Origin: Salinivirgaceae bacterium
GTDB taxonomy: Bacteria > Bacteroidota > Bacteroidia > Bacteroidales > SZUA-534
Direction of reading: 5' to 3'
Length of the DNA: 64,000 nt
Assembly (NCBI GenBank): GCA_017527435.1
Contig: JAFXQB010000005.1
Location: 165,322-229,321, forward strand
Positions 45,430-55,321 of this stretch are shown piece after piece. Position 1 is the stretch's first letter. Every line of letters starts with the position of its first letter. A program made the translations under genes and the position numbers. The notes under the pieces are model-generated. The model saw only the letters and a program-made list of their open reading frames with translations, was not told the DNA's origin and searched no databases.

Positions 45430-46236
45430 ATGAAAACAAATCTTATTAGTATTGTTGCCACAACTGCTGTTATGGCTTTATTCCTTTCTTGCGACGGTCC
45501 TGATTATATCGGGGAAGAAAACGGTCATGAATATGTAAATCTTGATTTGCCAAGCGGCACCATGTGGGCGAGATGCAACATAGGCGCTGATCGTGCTTCG
45601 GGAAACGGCAACTATTATGCTTGGGCCGAAACCAGCACAAAGACCAACTACTCGTACTCATCATATTTCTATATGGATGAGAACAATAATTCTTGGAAAG
45701 GGTATACAAAATATACCATTCCCGATGGACAATATTCTGCCTATTGGTATGAGGATTATGTATTCAGCGGTGACCGAAAGACTAAATTGGAAGATGGTGA
45801 TGATGTGGCATTTCAGTCTTGGGGCGGAAAATGGAGAGTTCCCACCAACCTACAATTGGCAGAGCTTAAGAATGAGTGTTATTGGGTGTATACCACTAAT
45901 TACAACGATTCAGGCGTTGAAGGATTCATCGTCTATAAGGCTAAAACAAGCTCTGACAAGGGCAAAAACTCTAAAACCAGCACGGCTTCAGGCAGTTATG
46001 ATATTTCTTCCGACGCAAATATCTTCCTTCCCTTATCTGGATATCGTTATAATTTGAATGTCAATAGAGTTGGATCAGAAGGCAACCTTTGGTCAAGTTC
46101 ATTATCAGAAGAATATACTGACTATGCCAATTGCTTGACTTATTCTTCTTATGGTTCCGCATCTGTCAGCTCACTGGAACGTATTTATGGTTTGAACATT
46201 CGTGCCGTTTGTGTTAATCCGGGAGATGCAGAATAA
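45430..46236 (+). CDS. Lipoprotein with a FISUMP (Fibrobacter succinogenes major paralogous, TIGR02145-like) / DUF1566-like domain
   Basis: 268 aa with lipobox LFLSCDG. The motifs MWARCNIGA..GNYYAW, GGKWRVPTNLQLAEL, IFLPLSGYR, GNLWSSS and the terminal YGLNIRAVC follow the FISUMP pattern as I recall it. Confidence 0.6.
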   Translation: MKTNLISIVATTAVMALFLSCDGPDYIGEENGHEYVNLDLPSGTMWARCNIGADRASGNGNYYAWAETSTKTNYSYSSYFYMDENNNSWKGYTKYTIPDGQYSAYWYEDYVFSGDRKTKLEDGDDVAFQSWGGKWRVPTNLQLAELKNECYWVYTTNYNDSGVEGFIVYKAKTSSDKGKNSKTSTASGSYDISSDANIFLPLSGYRYNLNVNRVGSEGNLWSSSLSEEYTDYANCLTYSSYGSASVSSLERIYGLNIRAVCVNPGDAE

Positions 46237-46261
46237 AAATCCGCATAGATAATTAACAAAG

Positions 46262-46299
46262 GGGCTGCTCATGACTGTTGAGCAGCCCTTTTTGTTTTT
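46262..46299 (+). terminator. Rho-independent terminator
   Basis: gggctgctca-tgactgt-tgagcagccc forms a 10-bp perfect stem, followed by TTTTTGTTTTT. Confidence 0.85.
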
Positions 46300-46416
46300 C
46301 AGCCCTGACAACTGGCAGAACCACGATGATTCAAATTGCCATCAATTTTTTCGTTTGTAATTGTTTTTTAACGAATTTTTACACAACTTGCTGATTGAAT
46401 TTTACACCATCAGACA

Positions 46417-47481
46417 ATGAGACTTTTTGTTTCCGTCATCGCCCTTGCGGCACTTTTTACAACAGCCTGCCAGCCAGCCGGCTCATCGCGCAGCAGCGAG
46501 AAACACGGTGGCACCCTGCGTATCAACATCAGCGACATTCCGCACATCATTTTCCCCGGACAGGTTGAAAAACGCAGCGAGCAGATATTAGTCAATCAGG
46601 TTTATGCGGGGCTGGTGAAGTACAACCAACGGACACTCGAGATTGTTCCATCGCTTGCCAAAAACTACACCATCTCGCCCGACGAGTGCACTTACACCTT
46701 TGTTCTGAACACCCGCGCACGCTTCCACGACGACCGCTGCTTCAAGCAGGGAAAGGGCCGCCGAATTGTGGCTGCCGATGTCAAATACTCGATTGAGCAG
46801 ATTTGTCGCAACAAACTTGTGGACGATATCGGCATATCGCGCCAAGTGATGAACATTGAAGGTGCTGACAGTTTCATGCCAGTTGCAAAAAACAACGATA
46901 CGGTGAACATCTCGGGAATTGTGGCTGTGAACGACAGCGTGCTGACCATCAGGCTGAAAAAGCCCGACAAACTGTTCATCTACTTTCTGGCCGGCACCAA
47001 TGCTCTTGTCTTTGCCCGCGAAGCCTACAACGCCTACGGTGTGAACGGCACTGTCGGCTCTGGGGCCTTCTGCTTCCACTACCCGAAAGGCATCGGACAG
47101 GCCATTGAGCTGACCTACAACCCGCACTATTGGGGCATGTCTGAACAAAACGAGCAGCTACCCTATCTCGACACCGTAGTCGTTTCGTTCATCACATCAA
47201 TACAGAAGGAACTCTACATGTTCGGCGCCGGGCTTGTTGACATGGTGTTCGACCTGCCGACTAACTATCTGGCCGGTTTCCTGGAATCCAACATCAGTGG
47301 TTTCCAATCGGACCCGCCGCGGTTCATAATGACCAACACCATGAAGGCTAATGGTGAAAAACGTTTCAATCTGATGACTTCCAACATCAATGAAATGCAC
47401 GTGAACTCACAAGGCTACTTCGATTTCTCAAATATCTACCTGAAAGCTCTGGAATCATCGGACGAACCAGTCAATAAATGA
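46417..47481 (+). CDS. Family-5 (peptide/nickel type) ABC substrate-binding-protein homologue, lipoprotein, shorter than usual
   Basis: 354 aa with lipobox FTTACQP. GGTLRINISD...VNQVYAGLVKYN...LEIVPSLAKNYTISPDECTYTFVLNTRARFHDD is typical of the SBP_bac_5 N-terminal lobe. No permease or ATPase genes are adjacent. Confidence 0.65.
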   Translation: MRLFVSVIALAALFTTACQPAGSSRSSEKHGGTLRINISDIPHIIFPGQVEKRSEQILVNQVYAGLVKYNQRTLEIVPSLAKNYTISPDECTYTFVLNTRARFHDDRCFKQGKGRRIVAADVKYSIEQICRNKLVDDIGISRQVMNIEGADSFMPVAKNNDTVNISGIVAVNDSVLTIRLKKPDKLFIYFLAGTNALVFAREAYNAYGVNGTVGSGAFCFHYPKGIGQAIELTYNPHYWGMSEQNEQLPYLDTVVVSFITSIQKELYMFGAGLVDMVFDLPTNYLAGFLESNISGFQSDPPRFIMTNTMKANGEKRFNLMTSNINEMHVNSQGYFDFSNIYLKALESSDEPVNK

Positions 47482-47520
47482 CAGCAAGTTAGCACTTTAA
47501 CATACCTTATCTAAACAATA

Positions 47521-47553
47521 AAGGGAAGTCGTTGCGGCTTCCCTTTTGTTTTT
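47521..47553 (+). terminator. Hairpin terminator between convergent genes
   Basis: gggaagtc-gttgc-ggcttccc forms the stem, followed by TTTTGTTTTT. An A-run on the other side may serve queA. Confidence 0.7.
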
Positions 47554-47567
47554 ATCAGGTCTGACTA

Positions 47568-48623
47568 TCAGAGAATCAGCATTGCGTCGCCGTAAGCGCC
47601 GAATTTGTAGCCTTCCTTCAGAGCCACGCGGTACGCTTCCATCAGCAAATCGTAACCTGCGTAGGCGGCCACCATCATCATCAGCGTTGACTGCGGCAGA
47701 TGGAAGTTGGAAACCATGGCGTTGGCCACGCTGAACTCATACGGCGGGAAGATGAACTTGTTGGTCCAGCCGTCGAAAGGTTTCAGGTAGCCGTATGTCG
47801 ACACCGAACTCTCGAGTGTGCGCATGACGGTGGTGCCGATGGCGCAAACCTTATGATGACCGTCTTTTGCCTTGTTCACGGTGTTTGCGGCATCTTCCGG
47901 AATAAGAATCTGTTCAGAGTCCATCTTGTGTTTTGTCAAATCTTCGACATCAACGGGGCGGAAGTTGCCCAGGCCCACGTGAAGTGTGATTTCGGCAAAG
48001 TTGATACCCTTAATCTCGCAGCGTTTCAGCAATTCGCGGCTGAAGTGCAAACCGGCTGTTGGCGCGGCCACAGCACCTTCGTGCTTTGCAAATATGGTCT
48101 GGTAGCGCACGGCGTCGTCGGGTGTCACTTCGCGACGGGTGGTGATATATCGCGGCAGCGGTGTTTCGCCGAGCGAGTAGAGAGTCTTTTTAAACTCATC
48201 GTGCGGGCCGTCGAACAGGAAACGCAGTGTTCGTCCGCGCGATGTGGTGTTGTCAATGACTTCGGCCACAAGCGAGTCGTCTTCGCCGAAATAGAGTTTG
48301 TTTCCGATGCGGATTTTGCGCGCGGGATCGACCAGCACGTCCCAAAGGCGCTGATCCTGATTGAGCTCGCGCAGCAGGAAAACTTCAATTTTGGCACCGG
48401 TTTTTTCCTTGTTGCCGTAAAGGCGGGCCGGGAACACTTTTGTGTTGTTGAACACAAACACATCCTGATCATCGAAATAATTGATAATCTCTTTGAAAAT
48501 GCGGTGCTCAAATTGTCCGGTCTTGCGGTTGACAACAAGCAGACGAGCTTCGTCACGGTTTTCCGACGGATAGAGAGCTATACTCTCTTCGGGAAGTTCG
48601 TAGTTAAATTGCGAAAGTTTCAT
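47568..48623 (-). CDS. queA: S-adenosylmethionine:tRNA ribosyltransferase-isomerase
   Basis: 351 aa. [28 protein letters not shown] and [10 protein letters not shown] are QueA hallmarks. Confidence 0.95.
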   Translation of the reverse strand: MKLSQFNYELPEESIALYPSENRDEARLLVVNRKTGQFEHRIFKEIINYFDDQDVFVFNNTKVFPARLYGNKEKTGAKIEVFLLRELNQDQRLWDVLVDPARKIRIGNKLYFGEDDSLVAEVIDNTTSRGRTLRFLFDGPHDEFKKTLYSLGETPLPRYITTRREVTPDDAVRYQTIFAKHEGAVAAPTAGLHFSRELLKRCEIKGINFAEITLHVGLGNFRPVDVEDLTKHKMDSEQILIPEDAANTVNKAKDGHHKVCAIGTTVMRTLESSVSTYGYLKPFDGWTNKFIFPPYEFSVANAMVSNFHLPQSTLMMMVAAYAGYDLLMEAYRVALKEGYKFGAYGDAMLIL

Positions 48624-48674
48624 TCGAAAAATATTTACTGTTTTATATCGCGTTCGAGCTGAACGGCGACAAAT

Positions 48675-49421
48675 TCATAACAAATTGTTTACGTTGTTTT
48701 TTGAAAGCGGTTGCAGGTTTCTCACAATTTTTTCAAATTCATCAATTCCGATGGCGTTTTCGACTCTGAAATCGCCGCTTGCCGTACGCCGCAGGTCGTG
48801 CAGATAGGCGCCAGAGCCGAGCCGCTCACCGAAATCGCGGGCCAGTGCTCTGATGTAGGTGCCCTTGCTGCAGCGGATGCCCACCGTCACTTGCGGCAGA
48901 CTGCAATCGATGAGCCAGATGCGCTCAATGTTGATGCGCGCGGGCTTCAGGTCGATGGTCTTGCCCTTGCGTGCCGCCACGTATGCGCGCTGACCGTCTA
49001 TTTGCTTGGCCGAAAAAACGGGCGGAATCTGATCCTGCTCGCCTTCGAATGTCTGCAGCACCTGCCCGACACGCTCGCGTGTGATGCCGTCGGTGCTGAA
49101 GGTGCGGTCTATCTCGGTTTCGCGGTCGTACGACGGTGTGGTGGCGCCAAGCATAAACGTGGCCACATACTCCTTGCTGCAGGCCTGAAGCGACTCAATC
49201 TGCTTGGTGAGTTTCCCTGTGCATATTATCAGCAGCCCCGTTGCCAAAGGGTCGAGAGTGCCAGCGTGCCCCACTTTTATCTTTTTGAATCCGAATTGGT
49301 TGCGAAGCAGGTAGCGCACCTTGTTGACCGCATCGAACGATGTCCACTTGAGCGGCTTGTCAATCAACACTATCTGGCCTTCTTCAAAATCGTATTGTTC
49401 TTTTTCTGGCTCGAAAATCAT
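48675..49421 (-). CDS. truB: tRNA pseudouridine(55) synthase
   Basis: 248 aa from ATG 49421; the track start 49508 is an upstream extension. The catalytic motif is VGHAGTLDPLATGLL. Confidence 0.9.
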   Translation of the reverse strand: MIFEPEKEQYDFEEGQIVLIDKPLKWTSFDAVNKVRYLLRNQFGFKKIKVGHAGTLDPLATGLLIICTGKLTKQIESLQACSKEYVATFMLGATTPSYDRETEIDRTFSTDGITRERVGQVLQTFEGEQDQIPPVFSAKQIDGQRAYVAARKGKTIDLKPARINIERIWLIDCSLPQVTVGIRCSKGTYIRALARDFGERLGSGAYLHDLRRTASGDFRVENAIGIDEFEKIVRNLQPLSKNNVNNLL

Positions 49422-49431
49422 TGCGCAAAGG

Positions 49432-49677
49432 TCAATCGTCGGTTTTAGGCTTGCGCATGATCGCATAAATCTCGAACAGGAATCCGGCCAGCACCACAAC
49501 CGGTGCAATCACAATCCGGCGGACGCTGAACATGCTTTCGTTGAACACTTGCGGATCGTCGGAACGGCCGCCAGCCATAAGAATGAAGCCAAAAACCACG
49601 ATGGCAATGCCTATCCAGATGAATTTGTAGTTTGACGGGTGCAAGGCGAACCCGGTTTTTTTAGTCTCGTTATCCAT
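49432..49677 (-). CDS. DUF3098-like small membrane protein
   Basis: 81 aa with two TM helices. Its position between ftsX and truB is typical of Bacteroidetes. Confidence 0.7.
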   Translation of the reverse strand: MDNETKKTGFALHPSNYKFIWIGIAIVVFGFILMAGGRSDDPQVFNESMFSVRRIVIAPVVVLAGFLFEIYAIMRKPKTDD

Positions 49678-49689
49678 AATGATGATATT

Positions 49690-50568
49690 TTATGCGTATA
49701 AATCGTTGCCCTTCATCCGCAGATAGCGGTTGACGGCGAAAAAGTTCGATATCCAGACAATGAAGAACCCGATGGCCATTATGCCTGCAAACAATATGGC
49801 AATGGTGTCGAGTTCGTACATGATAGACAGTTCGGGAATGTGCTTGTCGGTGATGTAGATGGTGCCGCCCAGAAGCACGAATGTTATCAGGATGCTGATG
49901 AGCGCGTGCTCAAGGCTCTTGATGATGAACGGCGCCCTGACAAACGAGCGTGTGGCGCCCACAAGTTCCATTGTCTTTATCAGGAACCGCCGTGCGTAAA
50001 CCGACAGCCGTATGGTGTTGTTTATCAGCGAAAGCGATATGATGAACAGCAGTCCGCAGAACACAAGCAGCACCAGACTGATTCTCTTGATGTTCTGATT
50101 GACAGCTTCGATGAGCGACTTCTGATACGACACTTCCTTCACCTGCGAGTATTTAACCAACCGTTGCTCTATTTTCGCAATGCTGTCGGCGTTGGCGTAC
50201 TCTGCTTTCAGTTTCACTTCAATCGACGGCAGCAGCGGATTGTATCCTAAAAAGGCGACAAAATCTTCGCCCAGCTCGTCTTTCAGTTCCTGCGCGGCCT
50301 GTTCCTTCGAAATGAAATCGGTGCTGCGAACAAAAGCTGACGCGTCAAGGCTTTTTTGCAGTTTAATCATGTCGACTTCCTTGACATCGTTATTCAAAAA
50401 CACAGTGACGCTGATGTTCTCTTTCACATGGCGCGAAATCTTGTGCGCGTTCAGAATCAGCAGCCCGACCAGCCCTATCACAAACAAAACCAACGAGATG
50501 CTTATTATTGTGGTGAGATACGAGCTTCGCAATTGGCGCGAAGTGACACGTGATTCTTTTTTGCTCAT
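49690..50568 (-). CDS. ftsX: Cell-division FtsX-like permease
   Basis: 292 aa from ATG 50568; the track start 50577 is TTG. It has an N-terminal TM helix, a periplasmic loop of about 100 aa and three C-terminal TM helices (FtsX topology). Confidence 0.82.
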   Translation of the reverse strand: MSKKESRVTSRQLRSSYLTTIISISLVLFVIGLVGLLILNAHKISRHVKENISVTVFLNNDVKEVDMIKLQKSLDASAFVRSTDFISKEQAAQELKDELGEDFVAFLGYNPLLPSIEVKLKAEYANADSIAKIEQRLVKYSQVKEVSYQKSLIEAVNQNIKRISLVLLVFCGLLFIISLSLINNTIRLSVYARRFLIKTMELVGATRSFVRAPFIIKSLEHALISILITFVLLGGTIYITDKHIPELSIMYELDTIAILFAGIMAIGFFIVWISNFFAVNRYLRMKGNDLYA

Positions 50569-50707
50569 TTTCAACAATTATTGAATGGCAAATATATGCG
50601 AGTTCTGCAAAATAGCAAAGCCTGTTTTTATGGTTGATAAAATAAGCCCCGCTGTTGTTTCTTATGGCACGATTTTTCGATAAGTTTAGTGCCAAATTTT
50701 ATCTGTC

Positions 50708-51874
50708 ATGAAGATTATCCACACGGCTGACTGGCACTTGGGACAGCAATTTTTCCAATACGACCGCAGCAGCGAGCACGAGCATTTTTTCGATTGCCTT
50801 TGCCGGATTATTGCCGACGAGCGTCCCGATGCGCTTGTAGTCAGCGGTGATGTCTACCACAATGCCACGCCGTCGAATGGCGCGATGAAACTGTTCACCG
50901 ACAATATGGTGCGGCTGCACAACACGCTGCCCGAGATGGTGATTGTGGTCACGGCGGGCAACCACGACAGCTGCTCGCGCCTTGAATCGACGGGCGAAGT
51001 ATGGCGGCTGGCCAATGTGCACGTGGTGGGCGGCGTCAGACGCAATGCCGACAGCGGACTTTTCGATACCGAAGGGCAGATTATTGAGATTACTGACAAG
51101 GGCTACATTCTGGCCGTTCCGTTTGTCCAAAGCAATAACACTGACATTTTCGGCCAACTGCTTGACGAAACGGCCGCATTCAACACGCGCAACCTTCCGG
51201 TTGTGATGACAGGACATCTCTACGTGTCGGGGGCCGACCTGACTGGCCACAATATGGCGGTTGTGGGCGGAATTGAAGGCGAAGACATCGCGCTTATGGG
51301 AACAGGTTACGACTATCTGGCGCTGGGACACATCCACTGCCCGCAGACAATCAAGGGCAGCAACGGCCGTGCCCGCTACAGCGGCAGCCCCGTGCAGGTC
51401 GATTTCGACGAGACCTATCCGCACTCGGTGACGATTGTCGAGATTGCCAGCCACGGCGCCGAGCCTGTCGTCCGCACTGCCGAAATTGAACGGAAAATGC
51501 GCTTCTACACCATTCCGGGCAAGCCGCAGCCTTTCGACGAAGCCCTTGCCTGTCTGCGCGACTTCGTCCCTGACAAGCCCGGCTACGTAAGGCTCAACCT
51601 GCTTGTTAAAGACTATGCGCCATCGTTTGCCGAAGAGCGGGTTTACCAGGTTTTGGAATCCAAGCCCCAACTCAAATTCTGCTACATCCGCTCTGAACGC
51701 GAGCAAACGCAAGAATCGGCCCGCAAGGTGCTCAACATTCAGGAAGTGAGAGAAACTAGTCCGATGGAACTGGCCCAAATCTACTACAACCGCAAGGTGG
51801 GCACCGATATGGATCCTAAACTTTGGCAACTGCTGTCGGAAGTGGTTGAGTCTGTAAGAAACAGTGAAGATTAA
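50708..51874 (+). CDS. sbcD: Exonuclease SbcD (Mre11-type metallophosphoesterase)
   Basis: 388 aa. The motifs IIHTADWHLG, VSGDVYH, AGNHDS, MTGHLYV and LGHIHCPQ are present. Confidence 0.9.
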   Translation: MKIIHTADWHLGQQFFQYDRSSEHEHFFDCLCRIIADERPDALVVSGDVYHNATPSNGAMKLFTDNMVRLHNTLPEMVIVVTAGNHDSCSRLESTGEVWRLANVHVVGGVRRNADSGLFDTEGQIIEITDKGYILAVPFVQSNNTDIFGQLLDETAAFNTRNLPVVMTGHLYVSGADLTGHNMAVVGGIEGEDIALMGTGYDYLALGHIHCPQTIKGSNGRARYSGSPVQVDFDETYPHSVTIVEIASHGAEPVVRTAEIERKMRFYTIPGKPQPFDEALACLRDFVPDKPGYVRLNLLVKDYAPSFAEERVYQVLESKPQLKFCYIRSEREQTQESARKVLNIQEVRETSPMELAQIYYNRKVGTDMDPKLWQLLSEVVESVRNSED

Positions 51875-51887
51875 TCGATTTAACGCC

Positions 51888-54800
51888 ATGAAATTCAAAA
51901 CATTATCCATAAACAACATTGCGTCGATAGAGAGTGCGTTTATCGATTTCCGCGACCCCATGCTCGACCGTGAGTCGCTGTTTCTGATTTACGGCGAGAC
52001 CGGCGCGGGCAAAACCACCATTCTCGACGCCATCTGCCTTGCACTATACAACGAAACCCCGCGTCTGACACAAATCAAGAAACAAAGGTATATTGATGAC
52101 CTGACCAGCCTGTCGTCGAGCGATTACTACACTACGGGCGATGTCAGACAATACTTGCGGAAGGGCGCGAAAAAGGGCTCGGTTGAACTTGTGTTTGAAG
52201 GAAACGACGGCGACGAATATAAGGCCTGCATTGCTTTCCGGGTGTCGGAACGGTCGGGCACGCTGCAAAAGACCGAAAGAAGCATCGAGCACAATGGCGA
52301 CGTGTTTGTCAAAGACATCGATGATATTGTTAAAGAAGCCGTAGGGCTCGATTTTGAGCAGTTCTGCCGCACCACAATGCTTGCGCAGGGCGAATTCACC
52401 AAATTTCTGAAGAGCGATGACGACAAAAAGTCGGAAATTCTGGAAAAAATAACCGGAACGGGTATTTACACACTCATCGGCAAACAGATTTTTGTCAGGT
52501 CGAGTGAGAAAAAAGCCGAACGGGACCTGGCCGTGCAGGAAGCAGCCAATATCAAGGCTCTTTCCGCTGACGAGAAGGATGCTCTGAACAGTGAGCAAAA
52601 GCAACTGAACGAGAGCCTTGCCCGGCTGACGGCAGAAAAAACATCGCTGGAAAACGCCCGGAACTGGCTGCAGACAAAAAATAGGTTCGAAGACGAAATC
52701 AAGACCGCACATGAAAAACTGCAGGCAAACATTCGGTTGAGTCAGTCGCAAGAATTTATTGAAAAACAACAGTTTATATCCGATTATAAATTGTCGGCCG
52801 ATGCAATAAAATCATTGGCGGAAATCGACTTGAACCAGAAAAATCTTGATGACTTGCGCAACAAGGAAACCGCCTACGGCCAGGCGTTCAAAGCCATCAC
52901 CAACGGCGATTTGTTTCGCAACAATCTGATTGACAGTCTTGAAAAGAGTTTGTCGGACATCGAAGACTATTTGAAGGCTTCGGCCGGTCAAACCGAAATG
53001 TTTGCCGAAAGCCAACTCATCGCCGAAAGGCTTCAACAGTGTGTGAAAGCCCGCGCTGATGCGGCTTCGAACGCCAAAACAGCCGATGATGTTGAGCGCA
53101 CCGAGCTGCCGGAAATAATGGGCAAACAAAAAGCCGAAACGGAAAAACTGGCGCAAAAGCAAGCCGAAAAAGAAAAACTGCAAGCCGAACTGAAACAAAA
53201 GCAGGCTGAACTAGCAGCAATGAACGTTGATGCGCTGCAGAAAGAGCAGGATGCCGGCAATCTGCAGAAAGAGAATGCCAACGCGGCCATCAACAGCCTG
53301 AAAAACCTGACCAGCGCACAGAACAACTACCGTCAGGCGGCTGACAACGAAGCAAAACTCAAATCGCACATTGCACAACTGACGGCCGATGCCGAGAACC
53401 TGACAAAAAACACCGAACAGGCCCGCCTGGCAATGGACGAAGCCGACCGCCTGTTTAAGACCGTGCTTGCCGGCGTGACTGATGCGGCCAAATCGCTGCG
53501 GGCGGGCTTGCACCAGGGCGACAAATGTCCGGTTTGCGGGCAGGTGGTTGCCGGAATTCCGCACGACAACGAGTTTGATGCTGCACTGAAACCGCTTGAA
53601 GAGAGTTTCAACGAGAAAAAGAAAGCTTACGAAAAAGCCGATTCGCAATTGAAAGAAGTGACCGCACAAATCAAGGCCGAAAACAACCAGCTCGGTGTTG
53701 TCAGGCAAGATGCTGCCACAAAAAAGAGCGAATTAGAAAACGCCGCGCAGGAAGCCGAACAAAAGTGCGGCGCCTTAGGCATTGCTTTCGGCCGCGACAG
53801 CGCCACCATTGCCGAACAGTTATATGAGAACGCCCGTCGGGCGGTTGAACAGGCTGCCGAAAAGATAAGAACCGCTAACGGCATCCGTTCCACAATCGAC
53901 AATCTGATTGAAGTAAAGAATAAAATAGATGAAGAAAACAGCCTGATTAATGAGCAAATAAACAAACTGAATAACGATGCTGCCCAATGCCGTACAAAAA
54001 TAGAGAAACTGCGTGGTCTTGCTCAGCAAAGCACGGCAACAGCTAATGAAGCTTTGGTGTCAGTGTCATCAAAAATCACTTATCCCGACTGGCAAAGCAA
54101 CATTGAAAAGACCATTGAAAAACTATGCGCCGATGCCGACAACTACGAGAAACAGAAACAGTTGCGCACCGACCTGATAAACAAAACCGAGAACCAGAAA
54201 AACCTGCGCAACAGGTCGCTGGAAATCCGCCGGCAGATTGAAGCAATGTTCCCTGACTGGACAGCAGGCTCTGATGCGCAGGAATTAGACAAGGACATCG
54301 ACGAGAGCTGGAACAGTTTTCTGAAAAGTGCTTCGATTCTGCGTGAGCACATCGACATGGCAACTGCCAATTTGCAGAAAGAGAAGAGTTTTATTAGCGA
54401 CTTCCTTGCTTCCAATAATATGTCTGCAGAGCGACTCAGCAACCTGACTGCTGCCGAGAGCTCGCAAATCACCGCCCTGGAAAAAGAACAGTCCGACCTG
54501 AAGGACACCATCAATCAGGCTAAAGGCGCCCTGATACAAACCAACGACCTACTTGCACAACATCTGACAAAGAAACCGGAATTTGAAGAAACACTTGAAT
54601 TAACCGATATTGAAACCTTGATAACCAGTCTGACAAAAGAAACAAATGTCTGCAGTCAGCGCATTCTCGAAATAGGAATTCTGCTGAAAACCGACGATGA
54701 CAACGCCAAACTAAAAGAGCAGAAAGAGATGAAAATCAAGCAACTGCAGGATGAATACGAATTGTGGAACCAGCTGGCCAAGCACTTTGGCGATGCCGAA

Positions 54801-55262
54801 GGGAAAAAATTCCGTGTGATAGCACAAAGCTTCATTCTCAGGGAACTTCTCCTGAAGGCAAATTATTTTCTTGCCCAATTGTCGGGGCGGTATGAGCTTG
54901 ATTGCCAAGACGATTCGCTGACCATTCTGGTGCGAGACATGTATTTTGGCGGCTCGGTCAGACCGGTCAATATGGTGTCGGGCGGTGAGAGCTTTGTTGT
55001 GTCGCTGGCACTGGCCTTGGGACTTTCAACCATTGGCGGCAACGGGTTTGCAACCGATATGCTCTTCATCGATGAAGGGTTTGGCACACTCGACAGCAGC
55101 ACGCTCGAAGTGGTGATGAACACTCTTGAGCGCCTACGCGAGACCGGCAACCGCAAAGTGGGCATCATCAGTCATGTGGAAACACTCTGCGAGCGCATCC
55201 CGGTGAAAATTCTTGTCGAACGCACGGGCAGCGCAGCAAAAATCAGAATGGTGAAAGATTAG
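51888..55262 (+). CDS. sbcC: Exonuclease SbcC (Rad50-type SMC-like ATPase)
   Basis: 1124 aa from ATG 51888; the track GTG 51864 overlaps sbcD. It has Walker A GETGAGKTT, a long coiled coil with the central zinc hook CPVCGQ, the signature SGGESFVVSLALAL and Walker B LFIDEGFGTLD. Confidence 0.9.
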   Translation: MKFKTLSINNIASIESAFIDFRDPMLDRESLFLIYGETGAGKTTILDAICLALYNETPRLTQIKKQRYIDDLTSLSSSDYYTTGDVRQYLRKGAKKGSVELVFEGNDGDEYKACIAFRVSERSGTLQKTERSIEHNGDVFVKDIDDIVKEAVGLDFEQFCRTTMLAQGEFTKFLKSDDDKKSEILEKITGTGIYTLIGKQIFVRSSEKKAERDLAVQEAANIKALSADEKDALNSEQKQLNESLARLTAEKTSLENARNWLQTKNRFEDEIKTAHEKLQANIRLSQSQEFIEKQQFISDYKLSADAIKSLAEIDLNQKNLDDLRNKETAYGQAFKAITNGDLFRNNLIDSLEKSLSDIEDYLKASAGQTEMFAESQLIAERLQQCVKARADAASNAKTADDVERTELPEIMGKQKAETEKLAQKQAEKEKLQAELKQKQAELAAMNVDALQKEQDAGNLQKENANAAINSLKNLTSAQNNYRQAADNEAKLKSHIAQLTADAENLTKNTEQARLAMDEADRLFKTVLAGVTDAAKSLRAGLHQGDKCPVCGQVVAGIPHDNEFDAALKPLEESFNEKKKAYEKADSQLKEVTAQIKAENNQLGVVRQDAATKKSELENAAQEAEQKCGALGIAFGRDSATIAEQLYENARRAVEQAAEKIRTANGIRSTIDNLIEVKNKIDEENSLINEQINKLNNDAAQCRTKIEKLRGLAQQSTATANEALVSVSSKITYPDWQSNIEKTIEKLCADADNYEKQKQLRTDLINKTENQKNLRNRSLEIRRQIEAMFPDWTAGSDAQELDKDIDESWNSFLKSASILREHIDMATANLQKEKSFISDFLASNNMSAERLSNLTAAESSQITALEKEQSDLKDTINQAKGALIQTNDLLAQHLTKKPEFEETLELTDIETLITSLTKETNVCSQRILEIGILLKTDDDNAKLKEQKEMKIKQLQDEYELWNQLAKHFGDAEGKKFRVIAQSFILRELLLKANYFLAQLSGRYELDCQDDSLTILVRDMYFGGSVRPVNMVSGGESFVVSLALALGLSTIGGNGFATDMLFIDEGFGTLDSSTLEVVMNTLERLRETGNRKVGIISHVETLCERIPVKILVERTGSAAKIRMVKD

Positions 55263-55321
55263 GAGATTTGAACTATCCTGAAATTGCTCGTGTAGAGCGG
55301 TTTCAGCATAGCGCGTGCCGA

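Noticed and set aside
47700-48662. 320-aa + strand ORF
   Set aside because: It is antisense to queA.
50699-51961. 420-aa minus-strand ORF
   Set aside because: It is antisense to sbcD. The plus strand carries all the phosphoesterase motifs.
50708-55262. sbcD-sbcC considered as a possible defence system (SMC-like ATPase plus nuclease)
   Set aside because: The architecture is the canonical housekeeping SbcCD (Mre11/Rad50-type, zinc hook CPVCGQ). It has no accessory genes and normal composition.
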